Source: Betaproteobacteria bacterium
GTDB taxonomy: Bacteria; Pseudomonadota; Gammaproteobacteria; Burkholderiales; Burkholderiaceae_C
DNA: 64,000 nt
Assembly (NCBI GenBank): GCA_031372905.1
Contig: JANMMD010000146.1
Location: 5,326 to 69,325 of the forward strand
Direction: 5' to 3'
Positions 63,758-64,000 of the stretch are shown here, piece by piece (the first letter of the stretch is position 1; each line of letters starts with the position of its first letter). The notes under the pieces were generated by a model. The model searched no databases and was not told the DNA's origin. It saw only the letters and a list, made by a program, of their open reading frames with translations. Position numbers and translations under genes: made by a program.

Positions 63758-64000
63758 TCAGTCGCGCGCAGCGAGCAGCGAAGCGCCGACGATCAGCGCG
63801 CCGCCCAGCAGCAGCGGCATCGTCACCAGGCCAGCGCCCAGCAACACCGCCGAGCCACTGGCGAAGATCACCTCGGTGATCATCACCACGGCCGTCACAT
63901 TGGCGGGCAAGCGCGAGGCGCCGAACTGCAATGCCAGGTTGCCGACCAGAAAAACCGCAGCCAGCGCCAGGGCACCCATCACCCAGCCCGGCGCCGGCGT
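63758..64000 (-). CDS. DMT/EamA-like transporter, C-terminal part (gene continues beyond window end)
   Basis: The reading frame is open to base 64000. Hydrophobic helices with ALQFGASRLPANVTAVVMITEVIFA are typical of EamA repeats. Confidence 0.6.
   Translation of the reverse strand, partial: TPAPGWVMGALALAAVFLVGNLALQFGASRLPANVTAVVMITEVIFASGSAVLLGAGLVTMPLLLGGALIVGASLLAARD

Overview
This is a high-GC (roughly 70%) chromosomal segment. Its gene content points to a betaproteobacterium of the order Burkholderiales: stand-alone MetH homocysteine-binding module, PhaM-like protein, H-NS-like protein, OmpC-type porin, PEP-CTERM protein and HiPIP. About 60 protein-coding genes are packed almost end to end. 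I found no rRNA, tRNA, CRISPR array, IS element, integrase or prophage remnant.

Most content is core metabolism and housekeeping: lemA-TPM-TPM, hemE, priA, comM, glnK-amtB with a recognisable NtrC/sigma-54 control region, creA, gshA, kup, glcDEF, FAH-family hydrolases, a penicillin-acylase-family protein, GST/OsmC/Gpx redox genes, Lrp-ocd, a LysR regulator and an aminotransferase.

The stretches most worth a second look are:
1. A tightly packed minus-strand cluster at 42.4-48.8 kb. It ends in four closely linked genes: three different cryptochrome/photolyase-family proteins (canonical, Fe-S (6-4)-type, and an inverted-topology NewPHL-like one) plus a 56-aa DUF2256 zinc-ribbon ORF that is missing from the supplied ORF track.
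2. A Dpp/Opp-type ABC importer operon at 51.5-56.4 kb. It has no substrate-binding-protein gene, but a cytoplasmic DsbA/FrnE-like thiol oxidoreductase gene and a CYTH gene sit between the permease and ATPase genes.
3. An unusually long, lower-GC hemE-priA spacer with a perfect DnaA box and direct repeats.
4. Several short intergenic tandem repeats, one of which (13 bp x4) reiterates the glcE start codon.

From sequence alone, none of these is demonstrably a new biological system. Many very long ORFs in the track are antisense shadows of real genes, caused by GC richness, and were discarded. All calls rest on motif and family recognition by eye; no searches were run.
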